From: an uncultured Planctomycetota bacterium
Lineage (GTDB): Bacteria; Planctomycetota; Planctomycetia; Isosphaerales; Isosphaeraceae
Reading direction: 5' to 3'
DNA: 64,000 nt
NCBI GenBank assembly: GCA_963823665.1
Contig: CAWGMQ010000004.1
Location: forward strand, 2,048,001 to 2,112,000
Shown: one piece after another, positions 7,464 to 18,102 of the stretch
Position numbering within the stretch: the first letter of the stretch is position 1
How the letters are laid out: every line of letters starts with the position of its first letter
Made by a program: the position numbers and the translations under genes
Notes under the pieces: generated by a model
The model's input: only the letters and a program-made list of their open reading frames with translations
What the model was told of the DNA's origin: nothing
The model's database searches: none

Positions 7464-10268
7464 TCAAGCCTCTTGCAACAGGCTGCTTACCGCGGCGTGT
7501 TGCGACTCGAGCTCGGCGAGCTTCGCCCGAGTTTGAGCAACCACTTCTGCCGGTGCCCGCTGCACGTAAGACTCATTGCTCAGCTTCGTCTTGAGCGAGC
7601 CGATTTGCCGCTCGAAGTCGGCCAGCGCCTTGCGCTGCTTGGCGCGCTCGGCCTCATGGTCGATCAAGCCGGCGAGCGGCAGGATGACCTCCACTTCGGG
7701 CAACACCGCCACGGCGCAATCAGCGGGGTGCTCGACCTCGGGCACGATCGTCAGCGAGACAGCGGGCAACAGACTCTTCAAGAACGCCTCGCCCTGCGCC
7801 AGTCTTTGCGCGACCACTCCGCGCGCCACCAGAATCGGCTCGATCCGCGCCTCCTTGGGCACGTTGCGCTCGGCCTTCAGGTTGCGCAGCGCCTTGATCA
7901 CCTCGCACCACAGGCCCACTGTTTCGCGGGCCGTTTCATCCCGGAAGCCAACCGGCTCCGGCCAGGGTGCGATGCAGACGCTCTCTGCGGCGGGCTCGGG
8001 ATGTGATAATCCGCGCTCCGCCGCCAGGGAATTCAAGCCTTGCCACGCCTGTTCCGTCACGAACGGAACGATCGGGTGCAGCAGCCGGCAAAGCGAGTCG
8101 AGCACAGACGCGAGCACACGCTGGGCCTCCGGCTTCGATTGATCGTCGCGCAGCCGCCCCTTCACGAATTCAAGGTACCAGTCGCAGAAATCGCCCCACG
8201 TGAAGTCGCGCAGCCGCCGAGCCGCCTCCGCAAATTGGAACTGCTCGAACAACGCGGTCACCTCCTCGATCGTGCAGTCCAGTCGGTCGAGAATCCAGCG
8301 ATCCTCGATCGCGAGCGTCCGCGGGTTGAGACCGGCTGGCTTGTACCCCTCAAGGTTCATGAGCACAAGCCGGGCGGCGTTCCAGAACTTGTTGGCGAAG
8401 TTGCGGCCTTGTTCGAATCGCTCCGACGTGTTGATCACCCGGCCGTCAGGAAGCTTGAGCGGCTCGACCGGGATCCGCAGGTCCTGCGTTTCCGTCGCGC
8501 CGGAAGCGAGTGTGAACCGAAGGGCGTCGGCGCCGTAGATCTCCATGATGTCGACGGGGTCAACTCCGTTCCCGGCCGACTTCGACATCCGCCGGCCTTT
8601 CCCATCCTGGATGATCGGGTGAATATAGACATCGCGAAACGGCACGTCGCCCCGATTGAACAGACCGAAGATCACCATCCTGGCCACCCACAGGGTGATG
8701 ATGTCGCGGGCCGTCGAGAGCACGCTGGTCGGATAGAACTTCTTGAGCTCCGCGGTCTCTTCCGGCCATCCCAGAGTGGAGTGCGGCCAGAGTGCCGAGC
8801 TGAACCACGTATCGAGAACATCCGGGTCTTGAGCCAGCGTGTGCGCGGAACCAAGCTCGTCGCCGCGCAGGTCGGTTTCACCGCAGACCAGCCAGCCTCC
8901 CGATTCACCCGCGCGCCACACCACGTCACTGCGACCGGCAAACGCCTTCTCCAGCTCCTGCTCGGTGCAGGTGCCACAGTGCCAGATCGGGATCCGATGC
9001 CCCCACCAGAGCTGCCGGCTGATGCACCAATCGCGCTTCTCGCCCAGCCAGTCCAGGTAACTCTTGGAGTAACGAACAGGGTGAACGTTGATGCGCCCGG
9101 AAGTCACTGCGTCCATCGCCTGCTGAGCGAAGCCGGCAGATCCGTCGGGCTCGTCCCCCATGCGCACGAACCACTGGTCCGAGAGGTACGGCTCGATCGG
9201 CGTCTTGCTGCGATCGGAGTGATTGAGGCGAACGGTATACGACTCGACACGCTCGAGAAAACCCGCTTCCTTCAAGTCTTCGACGATTCGCTTGCGCACG
9301 ATCATCCGGTCGAGGCGGGCGTACTTGCCGGCGTTTTCGTTGTAGGTGCCGTCCTGGTTGAGGAGATTGATCATGGGCAGACTATTGCGCACTCCGGCCT
9401 GGTAATCGTTGGGGTCGTGACCGGGGGTCACCTTCACGACGCCGGTGCCGAAGGCAGGGTCCACCAGCAGGCCGTCGGCGATGACTGGAATCTGGCGGCC
9501 GGTCAGCGGCAGCTCGACGTGTTTGCCGATCAAATGCCGGTAGCGTGCATCGTCGGGGTGCACGGCCACGGCCGTATCGCCGAGCATGGTCTCGGGCCGG
9601 GTTGTGGCAATGTGCAAGACTTCGCCCGCGGCCGAGCCTGCAATCGGGTACTTGATCGTCCAGAGATGGCCCTGGGTTTCTTCGTAGTAGATCTCGTCGT
9701 CGGCGACCGCGGTGCGGAGCTGCGTGTCCCAGTTCACCAGCCGCTTGCCCCGAAAGACCTTGCCGGCCTTGAACAGATTAAAGAACGTACGGCGAACCGC
9801 GCGCGAGCAAACCTCGTCGAGCGTAAAGCGCGTTCGCTCCCAGTCGCACGAGCACCCCAGCAGGCGAAGCTGGCAAAGGATGCGCTTTTCGTATTCGTCC
9901 TTCCAGGCCCAGATGCGCTCGACCAGGGCCTCCCGGCCGAGGTCGTGCCGGTTCTTTTTCTCCTCTTGGAAGAGACGCTTCTCGACCACGGCCTGGGTGG
10001 CGATGCCGGCATGGTCGGTGCCGGGCATCCAGAGTGCGTCGTAGCCCTGCATCCGCCGCCAGCGGATCAGGATGTCCTGCAGGGTGTTGTTGAGGGCATG
10101 CCCCAGATGCAGCGCACCGGTGACGTTCGGCGGCGGAATCACGATGCAATACGGCTTGCGGCTACCCGCCGCATCCGCGTGGAAATACCCTTTGTCCAGC
10201 CAGAACTGGTACCAGCGTTGCTGGGCATCCTGGGGAACGTACTGCTTGGGAAGTTCCGCGAGATTCAT
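7464..10268 (-). CDS. valS: Valyl-tRNA synthetase
   Basis: PPPNVTGALHLGH (HIGH), RMSKS (KMSKS), DWCISRQLWWGH, C-terminal coiled coil; start placed at MNLAELPKQY. Confidence 0.98.
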   Translation of the reverse strand: MNLAELPKQYVPQDAQQRWYQFWLDKGYFHADAAGSRKPYCIVIPPPNVTGALHLGHALNNTLQDILIRWRRMQGYDALWMPGTDHAGIATQAVVEKRLFQEEKKNRHDLGREALVERIWAWKDEYEKRILCQLRLLGCSCDWERTRFTLDEVCSRAVRRTFFNLFKAGKVFRGKRLVNWDTQLRTAVADDEIYYEETQGHLWTIKYPIAGSAAGEVLHIATTRPETMLGDTAVAVHPDDARYRHLIGKHVELPLTGRQIPVIADGLLVDPAFGTGVVKVTPGHDPNDYQAGVRNSLPMINLLNQDGTYNENAGKYARLDRMIVRKRIVEDLKEAGFLERVESYTVRLNHSDRSKTPIEPYLSDQWFVRMGDEPDGSAGFAQQAMDAVTSGRINVHPVRYSKSYLDWLGEKRDWCISRQLWWGHRIPIWHCGTCTEQELEKAFAGRSDVVWRAGESGGWLVCGETDLRGDELGSAHTLAQDPDVLDTWFSSALWPHSTLGWPEETAELKKFYPTSVLSTARDIITLWVARMVIFGLFNRGDVPFRDVYIHPIIQDGKGRRMSKSAGNGVDPVDIMEIYGADALRFTLASGATETQDLRIPVEPLKLPDGRVINTSERFEQGRNFANKFWNAARLVLMNLEGYKPAGLNPRTLAIEDRWILDRLDCTIEEVTALFEQFQFAEAARRLRDFTWGDFCDWYLEFVKGRLRDDQSKPEAQRVLASVLDSLCRLLHPIVPFVTEQAWQGLNSLAAERGLSHPEPAAESVCIAPWPEPVGFRDETARETVGLWCEVIKALRNLKAERNVPKEARIEPILVARGVVAQRLAQGEAFLKSLLPAVSLTIVPEVEHPADCAVAVLPEVEVILPLAGLIDHEAERAKQRKALADFERQIGSLKTKLSNESYVQRAPAEVVAQTRAKLAELESQHAAVSSLLQEA

Positions 10269-10415
10269 CGTTTCGGACCTCTGCGGGAATCGGGAATCTT
10301 GCTCACGCGCATCGACGCACAACCGACGCACTCTATTTTCTTCGGAGACCGATTGTCCTCGAAAGGTTCGAGACACGCGCCGGAGTTTGCGTGTCAATTC
10401 CGGCCGCTTCTCCCC

Positions 10416-10922
10416 TCACCAGACGGGCCGCTCGTTGGTGCTCGACTGCAGCGCCTGCACCAGGTAGCTCATCTGGCCAACGTGATTATTCAAATGGGCC
10501 GCACAAACCAGGAAAAGCCCCAGGCGGGTCTCAATGGGCGGCTGGTCTTGCACTGGCATGACAAGCGTCTCATCGTCCTGGTCGGAAAGTGTCTGCGCAA
10601 CCAGCTCGATCGCCTCATGAAACCGCGCGAGCACAATGTCACGCGGATGCCGAACGGGGTCGGTGAACTCGTGCTCGCGATGGCGAGCGTAGCCGGTGCC
10701 GGCGACGAGCGCGCCGATGTAATGGTTCAAATTGCCCGTCAGGTGCAACACCAGGTGGCCGATCGAATTGCCAAACGGAAACGGCTTGGTCCAGAACTGG
10801 TCCTCCGGAACGCTCCGCGCAGCCTTTTCGACCCGGCCGGCCAGATGCCGGAAATACCGGGCGAATTCATCCGAAGTCGTTCGTGCCAGAACGGAGGCTC
10901 TCTGTGCACCAGTCCGACTCAT
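10416..10922 (-). CDS. DinB/DUF1572 family protein
   Basis: NSIGHLVLHLTGNL and HLNNHVGQM metal-binding His motifs. Confidence 0.85.
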   Translation of the reverse strand: MSRTGAQRASVLARTTSDEFARYFRHLAGRVEKAARSVPEDQFWTKPFPFGNSIGHLVLHLTGNLNHYIGALVAGTGYARHREHEFTDPVRHPRDIVLARFHEAIELVAQTLSDQDDETLVMPVQDQPPIETRLGLFLVCAAHLNNHVGQMSYLVQALQSSTNERPVW

Positions 10923-11396
10923 GATTTACATCTCTTTGACAAGACGGCGATGTCGATCTTGCACTACGTGGTTGAACTGGGCCTACCGTGAGCACCCGGT
11001 CGCAAGCGAGAAATCCTTCTCAGGTCGGCCTCTCAACGCAGAATTCTAGCAAATGACCGCGACGCCGCGACAGGTGAGCACCATTCACTCGCGCCGCTCC
11101 GATGTCGCTAAATCCATCAATGCCTGCAATCACACCGTCAACTTCGTCGGCCCGGTATTGCCACGTGGTGCATCGGCTTTCGGACGGCAATAGCTTCCCA
11201 GTCGGGATATCTTATTTGGTTTCTTCAGTTTAGCTAAACCCTCGCGGCAGCAGCATTGAAATGACCGAAATTGTCCGTCCGCGCGGTAGCGTGATTCTGA
11301 ACCAGGCGGGTCATTTCCGAGCGCACTCCGCGGGCCGTTACAGTGGTGCTGCGTTTTTTGAATTCCGAGTTGCTTCGGGTTGCGTAGTGTGATGGA

Positions 11397-11414
11397 GCAC
11401 GTTACGTTACGTGC
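11397..11414. promoter_or_regulatory. Near-perfect 18-bp palindrome, candidate BlaI-family operator
   Basis: GCACGTTACGTTACGTGC (one mismatch), 45 nt upstream of the blaI-like start. Confidence 0.4.
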
Positions 11415-11459
11415 ATGATTATTCCCGTTTTTCTCGTTATTTGGCGGAGCTTGACAACG

Positions 11460-11891
11460 ATGCGGAAGACGTCGATGGTAACCGATCGCGAGCTAGAGAT
11501 CATGAAGATTCTCTGGGTTCGTGAGAGGGCGAGTGTGCGCGAGGTGCAGGAAGACTTGAACCGGGCTGCGGGTCCGGTCGCTTACAGCACCGTCCAGACT
11601 TTGCTCAACATCATGGAGGAGAAGAAGGGCTTGGTCCGACATGTCGTTGAGGGGCGGACGTTCGTCTACATCCCGAAGAAATCGTCCGAAAGGACGATCG
11701 GCGAGTTGACCAAACGATTCGTCGATCGCGTTTTTGACGGCGCGCTCGACCGGGTCATGGTTGCCTTGCTGGGATCCAAATCTCCCACACCCGAGGAGCT
11801 GGATCGCCTACGTGCGATGATTGACGAAGCCCAGCAGCAATCATTCCTGAAACCCGGGAATGAGGAAAAGATCGTCGCTGAAGAGGCTTGA
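11460..11891 (+). CDS. BlaI/MecI/CopY family transcriptional repressor
   Basis: TDRELEIMKILW, AYSTVQTLL, GRTFVY and FVDRVFDG. Confidence 0.92.
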   Translation: MRKTSMVTDRELEIMKILWVRERASVREVQEDLNRAAGPVAYSTVQTLLNIMEEKKGLVRHVVEGRTFVYIPKKSSERTIGELTKRFVDRVFDGALDRVMVALLGSKSPTPEELDRLRAMIDEAQQQSFLKPGNEEKIVAEEA

Positions 11892-12184
11892 AGAGATTCG
11901 GGCATCGGCGCAAATTAAGATAGAGTGGCTGCGAACGGAATCGTGTGCAATCTCCGGTGAAGGTTTGATCCGCGCCGTGATGCACGATCTCTCGGATCCG
12001 TTCGCGGTCGCTGTGTCGACTTTTGCGCCGATCAACGAAGCAGATTCACCGGGTTGATTTCTCCTCCGGATTCTGCTGGTAAGCTGTCGAGCACGCGAAA
12101 GCGGTGATGCGATCCATTGCCGCCCGCCGGGGGAGTCTTTCCCCGGAGCGCGTCTGTCAGCGGCGATCTCGAAGGGCTCTCTCC

Positions 12185-13732
12185 ATGTGGATGTGGCTTG
12201 ATCGTGCCGGCCTCATCCTTTTTGATGCAGCGCTCTCCACCGCGCTTTTCCTGAGCGTCGTGGTTTGCGCATTGCTTCTATGTCGCCAGCCCTCTCGCCG
12301 CTTGCTCATTGTGCGCTCGTCGTTGCTGGGGTCTCTGGCGATTATTCCCTTGGTTGCGGCGTTGCCGCTTCCGCGGGTTGACGTCGTGGACTTGATGCTG
12401 CAGGCCGATTTACTGCCGCCGTCTGTTCCGGCTGCCTACCCAAACCCACACCAGCAGGAGCCCTCGGCAGAACCAGGCATTCGTGATCGGCTCCGCTCGT
12501 CGATCACCATCTTCAAGGGAGACTACGCCGCCTGGGCCGGTCGCTGGCTGCCACGCTGCTTGACCTTGATCGTTCTCACCGTGGCGATTACCGGTGCGGC
12601 GTGGGTCTTGCTGGGCTTCTGGGGCGTCCGCTGGCTGCTGCGCCACTCGCTCGCGCCGTCAGCGTCTACCCAGGTCGTCTACGACACCCTCTCCGCAACG
12701 TGGACGGAAAAGCGGGCACGGCCTGACGTGCGTGTCTCGTCCGCCGTCGAGCGGCCGGTCCTGGTCGGTTTTCGCCGCACCACGATTCTGATCCCAGCGT
12801 CGTACGAACAGCCCGAAGCCAGTGCAGAGATTTGCAAGTTGAGCCTGCTCCACGAGCTCGCTCATGCCGCCGAATCCGACGCCTGGTTTGGAACGATCGC
12901 CAGTCTTGCACAATCGATCTGGTTCTTCTTACCCCACGTCTGGTGGTTGCGCTCCCAACTGATGATCGATCAGGAGTTCATCGCCGATCACGCGGCTTCG
13001 CAAGGATACGGAACCCCGAAAGACTACGCGGTCTCTCTCCTGTCGCTGGCGGATTCGCGTGCAGCTTCCACGGCTCTGAAGCGGGCTCATCGCCTCGCAC
13101 CAACGTTGGCTACAACCGAAACACGCCACCAACATTCGCCGCTTTTTCAGCGGATGCGGATGCTCCTGCATTGCCCGTTTCCGGTCGAGCGCAATCTGCC
13201 ACGTCGATGGTCTTGGTCTTTGAGGGGTGTTGTGCTCGTGGCCTCACTCGCATCAGCGTGTGTCTGCATCCGCTGGCCGCACGCACATGCGCTCGAGCAA
13301 CGTCCAGGCGGTGCGGCCAAAGGCGTGGGCCAATCATTCCGCGTGGCTGAATTCGTCGCCGCGCCGATCGTGCACACTTCCTCGGGGCATGGGCTCCCGC
13401 ACCACATGCCGGTCGAGCTTCCTTCGCGGTTCAACCTGCGCGTCGATGTGCTCTCGAGCACCGCGGAACTGGCCAACATTCGCGTTGCCGGACATTCGCT
13501 CGCAACCGATTCATCGCCGGAACACCCCATTGATCCCCTCTCGAATCCATCACTCCTCGCTCAATCGTGGCACCACGTCCGCCTGGAACGTGAAGGACCC
13601 GGTCTTACGCTCTGGATCGATGGCCAGCAGTCATCAGTCGCTCTGAACGCTGATGCTACAACCGAATGGCTCATGTTCGATCCGGGACCCGATCGGTTCG
13701 TCTGCTTCCGTGATCTAATCGTGGAGTGGTAG
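12185..13732 (+). CDS. BlaR1/M56 family metallopeptidase with C-terminal LamG/ConA-like domain
   Basis: N-terminal TMs, LLHELAH zinc motif, QEFIAD; C-terminal WHHVRLEREG...LWIDG. Confidence 0.85.
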   Translation: MWMWLDRAGLILFDAALSTALFLSVVVCALLLCRQPSRRLLIVRSSLLGSLAIIPLVAALPLPRVDVVDLMLQADLLPPSVPAAYPNPHQQEPSAEPGIRDRLRSSITIFKGDYAAWAGRWLPRCLTLIVLTVAITGAAWVLLGFWGVRWLLRHSLAPSASTQVVYDTLSATWTEKRARPDVRVSSAVERPVLVGFRRTTILIPASYEQPEASAEICKLSLLHELAHAAESDAWFGTIASLAQSIWFFLPHVWWLRSQLMIDQEFIADHAASQGYGTPKDYAVSLLSLADSRAASTALKRAHRLAPTLATTETRHQHSPLFQRMRMLLHCPFPVERNLPRRWSWSLRGVVLVASLASACVCIRWPHAHALEQRPGGAAKGVGQSFRVAEFVAAPIVHTSSGHGLPHHMPVELPSRFNLRVDVLSSTAELANIRVAGHSLATDSSPEHPIDPLSNPSLLAQSWHHVRLEREGPGLTLWIDGQQSSVALNADATTEWLMFDPGPDRFVCFRDLIVEW

Positions 13733-13970
13733 TGCATTCGCGCTTCCGGCGTCAGGCAACGGAGTCCGGGAACGCGATCCTTCATCGCTCTGCCATTTCG
13801 GCAGTTAGCACTGGCAGCCGTCATTGGCCATTGTTGCCAATTTGGCAATCACACGACTGCCAGAATCGAATGCTCAAGGACAATCGTAACCGCGGCGGCG
13901 CACCCTAACCTCTTCTTTGATAAAAGTTTACGGACAACGAGTGTGGTAATGCAGTGCGGTCCCGTCAAAT

Positions 13971-13985
13971 TGGCACAACGTCTGC
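13971..13985 (+). promoter_or_regulatory. Putative sigma-54 promoter of the hsp20 pair
   Basis: TGGCACAACGTCTGC with correct -24/-12 spacing; TGCC-N5-GGCA palindromes upstream at 13791-13803 and 13835-13847. Confidence 0.65.
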
Positions 13986-14091
13986 GGTTGAGTTTTGTGC
14001 AAGCCCCGGGACAAGTGCTAAGGCCTTACGCCAAAACTAAATAGATAGAACGATTCAGTGGCGTGAATTCGCGCACGGCGAAGGAGGGTGC

Positions 14092-14538
14092 ATGAATAGC
14101 ATCCAATGGCAGAGGTGGGATCCGTTCCGAGAGCTTCATCGAGAGATGGAGCGCCTTATCGTCTCGCTCGATCCGTTTCAGTCTGTCCGGCGAGCGCAGG
14201 CCTATCCGCCGATGAACGTCCATGACGCGGGCGACCGGTATCTCTTGTCGATGCAACTCCCGGGGATGACGCCGGCCGACATCGAATTGACGATTGCCGG
14301 CGAGACTCTCACAATCCGCGGTGAGCGGAAGCGGCCGGAAGGGATCAAAGACGACAGTTATCGCCGGCAAGAACGGCCGGTGGGCCGTTGGGTCCGAACA
14401 ATCACGCTTCCGGACCGGGTTGATAGCACCCAGGTCGGGGCGTCGTTTGCCGATGGAATTCTCACTGTGAACTTGCCGAAAGCTGAGACCGCCAAGCCGC
14501 GCCGGATCTCCGTGACCGCCTCCGGACCTGCCGCCTGA
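14092..14538 (+). CDS. Hsp20/alpha-crystallin small heat shock protein
   Basis: WDPFREL, YPPMNV, LTIRGER and DGILTVNLPK; RBS AAGGAGG. Confidence 0.95.
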   Translation: MNSIQWQRWDPFRELHREMERLIVSLDPFQSVRRAQAYPPMNVHDAGDRYLLSMQLPGMTPADIELTIAGETLTIRGERKRPEGIKDDSYRRQERPVGRWVRTITLPDRVDSTQVGASFADGILTVNLPKAETAKPRRISVTASGPAA

Positions 14539-14606
14539 AGGCGCTCCGGCGTCGCCCGAATAACCAAGCGAGAGACGAAGTTAATGAATGTGGGAGAGCT
14601 GAAGCG

Positions 14607-15080
14607 ATGAGCGTTGAAGCAACGAATATTGATGAACGTCAGGTTCGCGTCAGCGTCGAGACGGGCCGTCGCAACTCTGCTCATCAACGGGCGATCGAGC
14701 AGGATGCTCAAGCACCTCGAGAGACTTATACACCGCCCATCGACATCCACGAAAGCCCCGATGGCTTGGTCCTCGAGGCCGACATTCCCGGCGCCGCCGA
14801 GCAGGCTTTGCACGTCCAGCTCGAGGACAACGTCCTTAATCTGTATGCTCGAATTGAGCCACGTTTGCCGCAAGACACGCGGTTGATTCACGAGGAATAT
14901 CGCCCGGGTGATTACCACCGTTCGTTTATCTTGAGCGACGAGGTCGATCGCGACCGAATCACGGCCGAGCTCAAAAACGGCGTCTTGCGCGTGTTCTTGC
15001 CCAAGGCAGATCGCGTGCGGGCTCGCCGAATCGAAGTCACGACATCCGACCCGGCAGTTTCCCCGGGTGGACGCGGATGA
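14607..15080 (+). CDS. Hsp20/alpha-crystallin small heat shock protein
   Basis: TPPIDIHE, ADIPG, RSFILSD and LKNGVLRVFLPK. Confidence 0.93.
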   Translation: MSVEATNIDERQVRVSVETGRRNSAHQRAIEQDAQAPRETYTPPIDIHESPDGLVLEADIPGAAEQALHVQLEDNVLNLYARIEPRLPQDTRLIHEEYRPGDYHRSFILSDEVDRDRITAELKNGVLRVFLPKADRVRARRIEVTTSDPAVSPGGRG

Positions 15081-15228
15081 GAGCCGGTCGTCGTTGCGGA
15101 AGGGTCGCTCGAGAAATCGCGCGACCGGGTGATCGTGGTGTTTCTGACGCTCCTGACTCTTCCGGCCAAATATTTGTGGTAAATTGTTCCTATCAGGCCC
15201 CTTGTCCCGAAGAGCGGAGCGCTGCGCG

Positions 15229-15411
15229 ATGGAGACCCAGAAGATCATCACCTACTCAGCAATTGGAGTGGCAGGCATCGTCTGCCTGGTCTTCTTGCTC
15301 GACCTCGCCGCCGGCATCTTCGGACGAAATATCGGCATGGACATTTTGTTCATTCTCGGTTCGGGATTTCTGCTCTGGCAGGGTGTCGAAACGATACTCG
15401 AGCTCCGCTGA
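15229..15411 (+). CDS. Small two-helix membrane protein
   Basis: METQKIITYSAIGVAGIVCLVFLLDLAAGIF...; two hydrophobic segments; GGAG upstream. Confidence 0.7.
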   Translation: METQKIITYSAIGVAGIVCLVFLLDLAAGIFGRNIGMDILFILGSGFLLWQGVETILELR

Positions 15412-15499
15412 GCGCGACACCTCGGGCCTGCTTTCGCCGCGCGACTGGTTCATCCTTTGTACCGCTGGAAGATGCGATCGGCCGTTTCAGTAACTCCTA

Positions 15500-17046
15500 T
15501 CATGACAATGTCTTGCGCTCTTGCTTTACCTGCTCCACGATCGCCCGGACCAGACCCTCCCACGTGTATTCCGCCGCTTCGACGGCGATCTCCCAGCCAA
15601 CCGACCGCACGGCCTGCGTGGTCACCGGGCTCAGGCTGGCGAGCCGAATTTGTTTCCCGATGCGCCCGCGCAGCTCGTCTGGTAGAAGCCCGTGCAACCG
15701 CGCTGCGATGGCCGGGCTCGTCAGGGTGATCCAGTCGATTGTGCCGTCCCCCAGGCGCTCGACGACTGACTCCGGCAGAGTATCAACGTCGCAATTGTGA
15801 TAGACGGCAACCTGGTCGACATCAGCCACTTCATCAAGTTCATCCTTGAGAATCACGCGCCCTCGATCGGCGCGGGCGAGCAGAATTCTTTGCCCTCGCG
15901 CATGCTGTCGCAGCACGGCCGCCAGCGCCTCGGAGCGAAACGTTTCGGGAACGAGATCCGCGCGCAGGTGAAAGCTGGCCAGGACCTCCGCGGTTGCCGG
16001 CCCGATCGCCGCCAGTTTCAAGTGTCCCAGCACGCGTAGGTCGCGCCCTCGGTCGGCGAGCCGGTCCATGAAGAATCGCACGCCGTTGGCCGAGGTAAAC
16101 ACGAGCCAGTCGTAGTTCGCAAGACCGTCGATCGCGGCATCGAGCGGTGCCGGGGCACTTATCGGCCGCACTTCGACGGTCGGTGCCAGCAACACCTCCG
16201 CTCCGAGGCTTTCGAGTAGAACGGCCGCTCTGTTGCCCTCATCGCGCGGCCGGGTGACGACAATCCGCTGTCCGAAGAGCGGCAGGCGTTCAAACCACGC
16301 TAGCCGGTCTCGCAGCGCAACGACTGACCCGACGACCAGAAGGGCAGGGGGGCGCATCGAGGCTTGACGAGCAACATCTGTGATCGTCGCCAATGTTGCG
16401 ACTTCCGTGCGCTGAACGGCCGTCGTACCCCATTCGACGACGGCCGCCGGCGTATCCGCGGGTTTGCCCAGCTTGAGCAGCGTGCGGCAGATGGCCGCCA
16501 GGTGAGTGACTCCCATGTAAACCACCAGCGTGCCTGGGAAGCGCGCCAGCGCCTCCCAATCGAGGTCACCATGGTCGTCTTTGGATTCAGGGTCGCCATG
16601 ACCGGTCACAAATGCGACCGCCGAGGCGGCCGAACGATGGGTTACCGGGATGCCGGCATAAGCCGTCACGCCGACGCCGGCAGTAACCCCCGGAACAATC
16701 TCGAACGCGATCCCGGCCGTTGCGAGCGCAAAGGCCTCCTCGGCGCCACGCCCGAACACCAGTGGGTCTCCCCCCTTCAGCCGTACCACCTGGAGCCCCG
16801 CCCGTGCATGCTCGATCAAGAGCGCGTTAATTTGATCTTGCGAAAGGCTGCAATGACCGATTGATTTGCCCGCGCAGATCCGCACGGCCGCGTCGGGCGC
16901 CAGGTCCAGCAGGCGCGAGCTCGCAAGATGGTCATAGACAACCACTTGGCGCTTGCGAGGACGGCTTCGCCTCGACGGGTCAGTAGCCCTGGATCACCTG
17001 GCCCGGCACCGACCAGGTAGACCTTTCCAGGGCGGTTCTGCGTCAT
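15500..17046 (-). CDS. cobA: Uroporphyrinogen-III C-methyltransferase/uroporphyrinogen-III synthase fusion (CobA-HemD), frameshift near 16945
   Basis: VYLVGAGPGDPGLLT, RLKGGDPLVFGRG and GIPVTHR; HemD part VVTRP...FTSANGV. Confidence 0.92.
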
Positions 17047-17073
17047 GGTCGCGAGCCCTCGTACCCTGGGCGA

Positions 17074-18102
17074 TCAATCGCCCTGCACCGGTTTGCGACG
17101 GCTGCTTGTAATCATCAGAATCCCGAGCTCGTAAAGGAAAATCATGGGGATCGCCAGCAAAACCATGCTGAATGGGTCTTGCCCGGGTGTGATCACCGCG
17201 GCCGTGATTGTGATGACCAGGATCGCTATTCTCCGCTTCGCCCGGAAATCCTGCACGGTGAAGATGTTGATTCGTTCGAGAAACAGCATCACGAGCGGAG
17301 TCTGGAACGAGATCCCGAATACAAGCGGGAGGATCGTCGCAAATCCCATCCAGTCGCTGAGTCGAAGCGTCGGTGCTACACCCAGCCAGACGTTGAACTG
17401 TAACAGGAACTGGAGCGTGATCGGTAACACGAAAAAGAAGCAGAGAAAGACGCCTGCAAGAAACAATCCGAGCGAAAACGGCAGGTACTTCGTGACGTAG
17501 TGCCGTTCGTGGCGATAGAGCCCCGCGGCCACAAACGCCCAGATCTGGTAGAAAACCCACGGGCTGGCGAGCACCAGGCCGGACACGAGGCAGACCATGA
17601 AGAAAATTGTGAGCGTCTCGAGCGGGGCAAGCGAGACCAGGCTCTGGTCAAGCTGGACCGTCGAATTGTGGACCATGTTGATCACGCCCACCTCGAAGAA
17701 CTGCATGGATAATTTGAGCGTGGTGCCCTTCAAGGATTCCGGTTCGGGGAGTTCCAGCTTGGGGGCGATTTTCCGGAGCTCCGCGACGAGTACGTCCGCG
17801 TCGACGACGCCTTCCAGTTGAGGAGTGAATCCTCTGCCAGCCGCCCGCTCTTTCTTGGCTTTTTCAGCCTTTTTATCGTATTCGGCCGTATAGAATTCAT
17901 CGAGGGCGACCTTGGCAGGCTGTTCCATTTTCTCCATCACCCGCTTACCGATGGAGAGCGGGGGAACGAACACGATGAGCACTCCGACGAACAGGCCGAG
18001 GAGGGCCAGAATCAATCGAACTCGTAGTTCTTCGATGTGCTCTCCGAAGCTCATCGTGACCATCGACTGCTCTTCAGCGAAGAGATCTTGATCGTTAGGC
18101 AT
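17074..18102 (-). CDS. tatC: Twin-arginine translocase subunit TatC
   Basis: MSFGEHIEELRVRL, YQIWAFVAAGLYRHER, FGISFQTP, ITPGQDPFS and LYELG. Confidence 0.93.
   Translation of the reverse strand: MPNDQDLFAEEQSMVTMSFGEHIEELRVRLILALLGLFVGVLIVFVPPLSIGKRVMEKMEQPAKVALDEFYTAEYDKKAEKAKKERAAGRGFTPQLEGVVDADVLVAELRKIAPKLELPEPESLKGTTLKLSMQFFEVGVINMVHNSTVQLDQSLVSLAPLETLTIFFMVCLVSGLVLASPWVFYQIWAFVAAGLYRHERHYVTKYLPFSLGLFLAGVFLCFFFVLPITLQFLLQFNVWLGVAPTLRLSDWMGFATILPLVFGISFQTPLVMLFLERINIFTVQDFRAKRRIAILVITITAAVITPGQDPFSMVLLAIPMIFLYELGILMITSSRRKPVQGD

Noticed and set aside
8040..10991. 983-aa plus-strand ORF
   Set aside because: Antisense shadow of valS and the DinB gene; no motifs; expected in GC-rich DNA.
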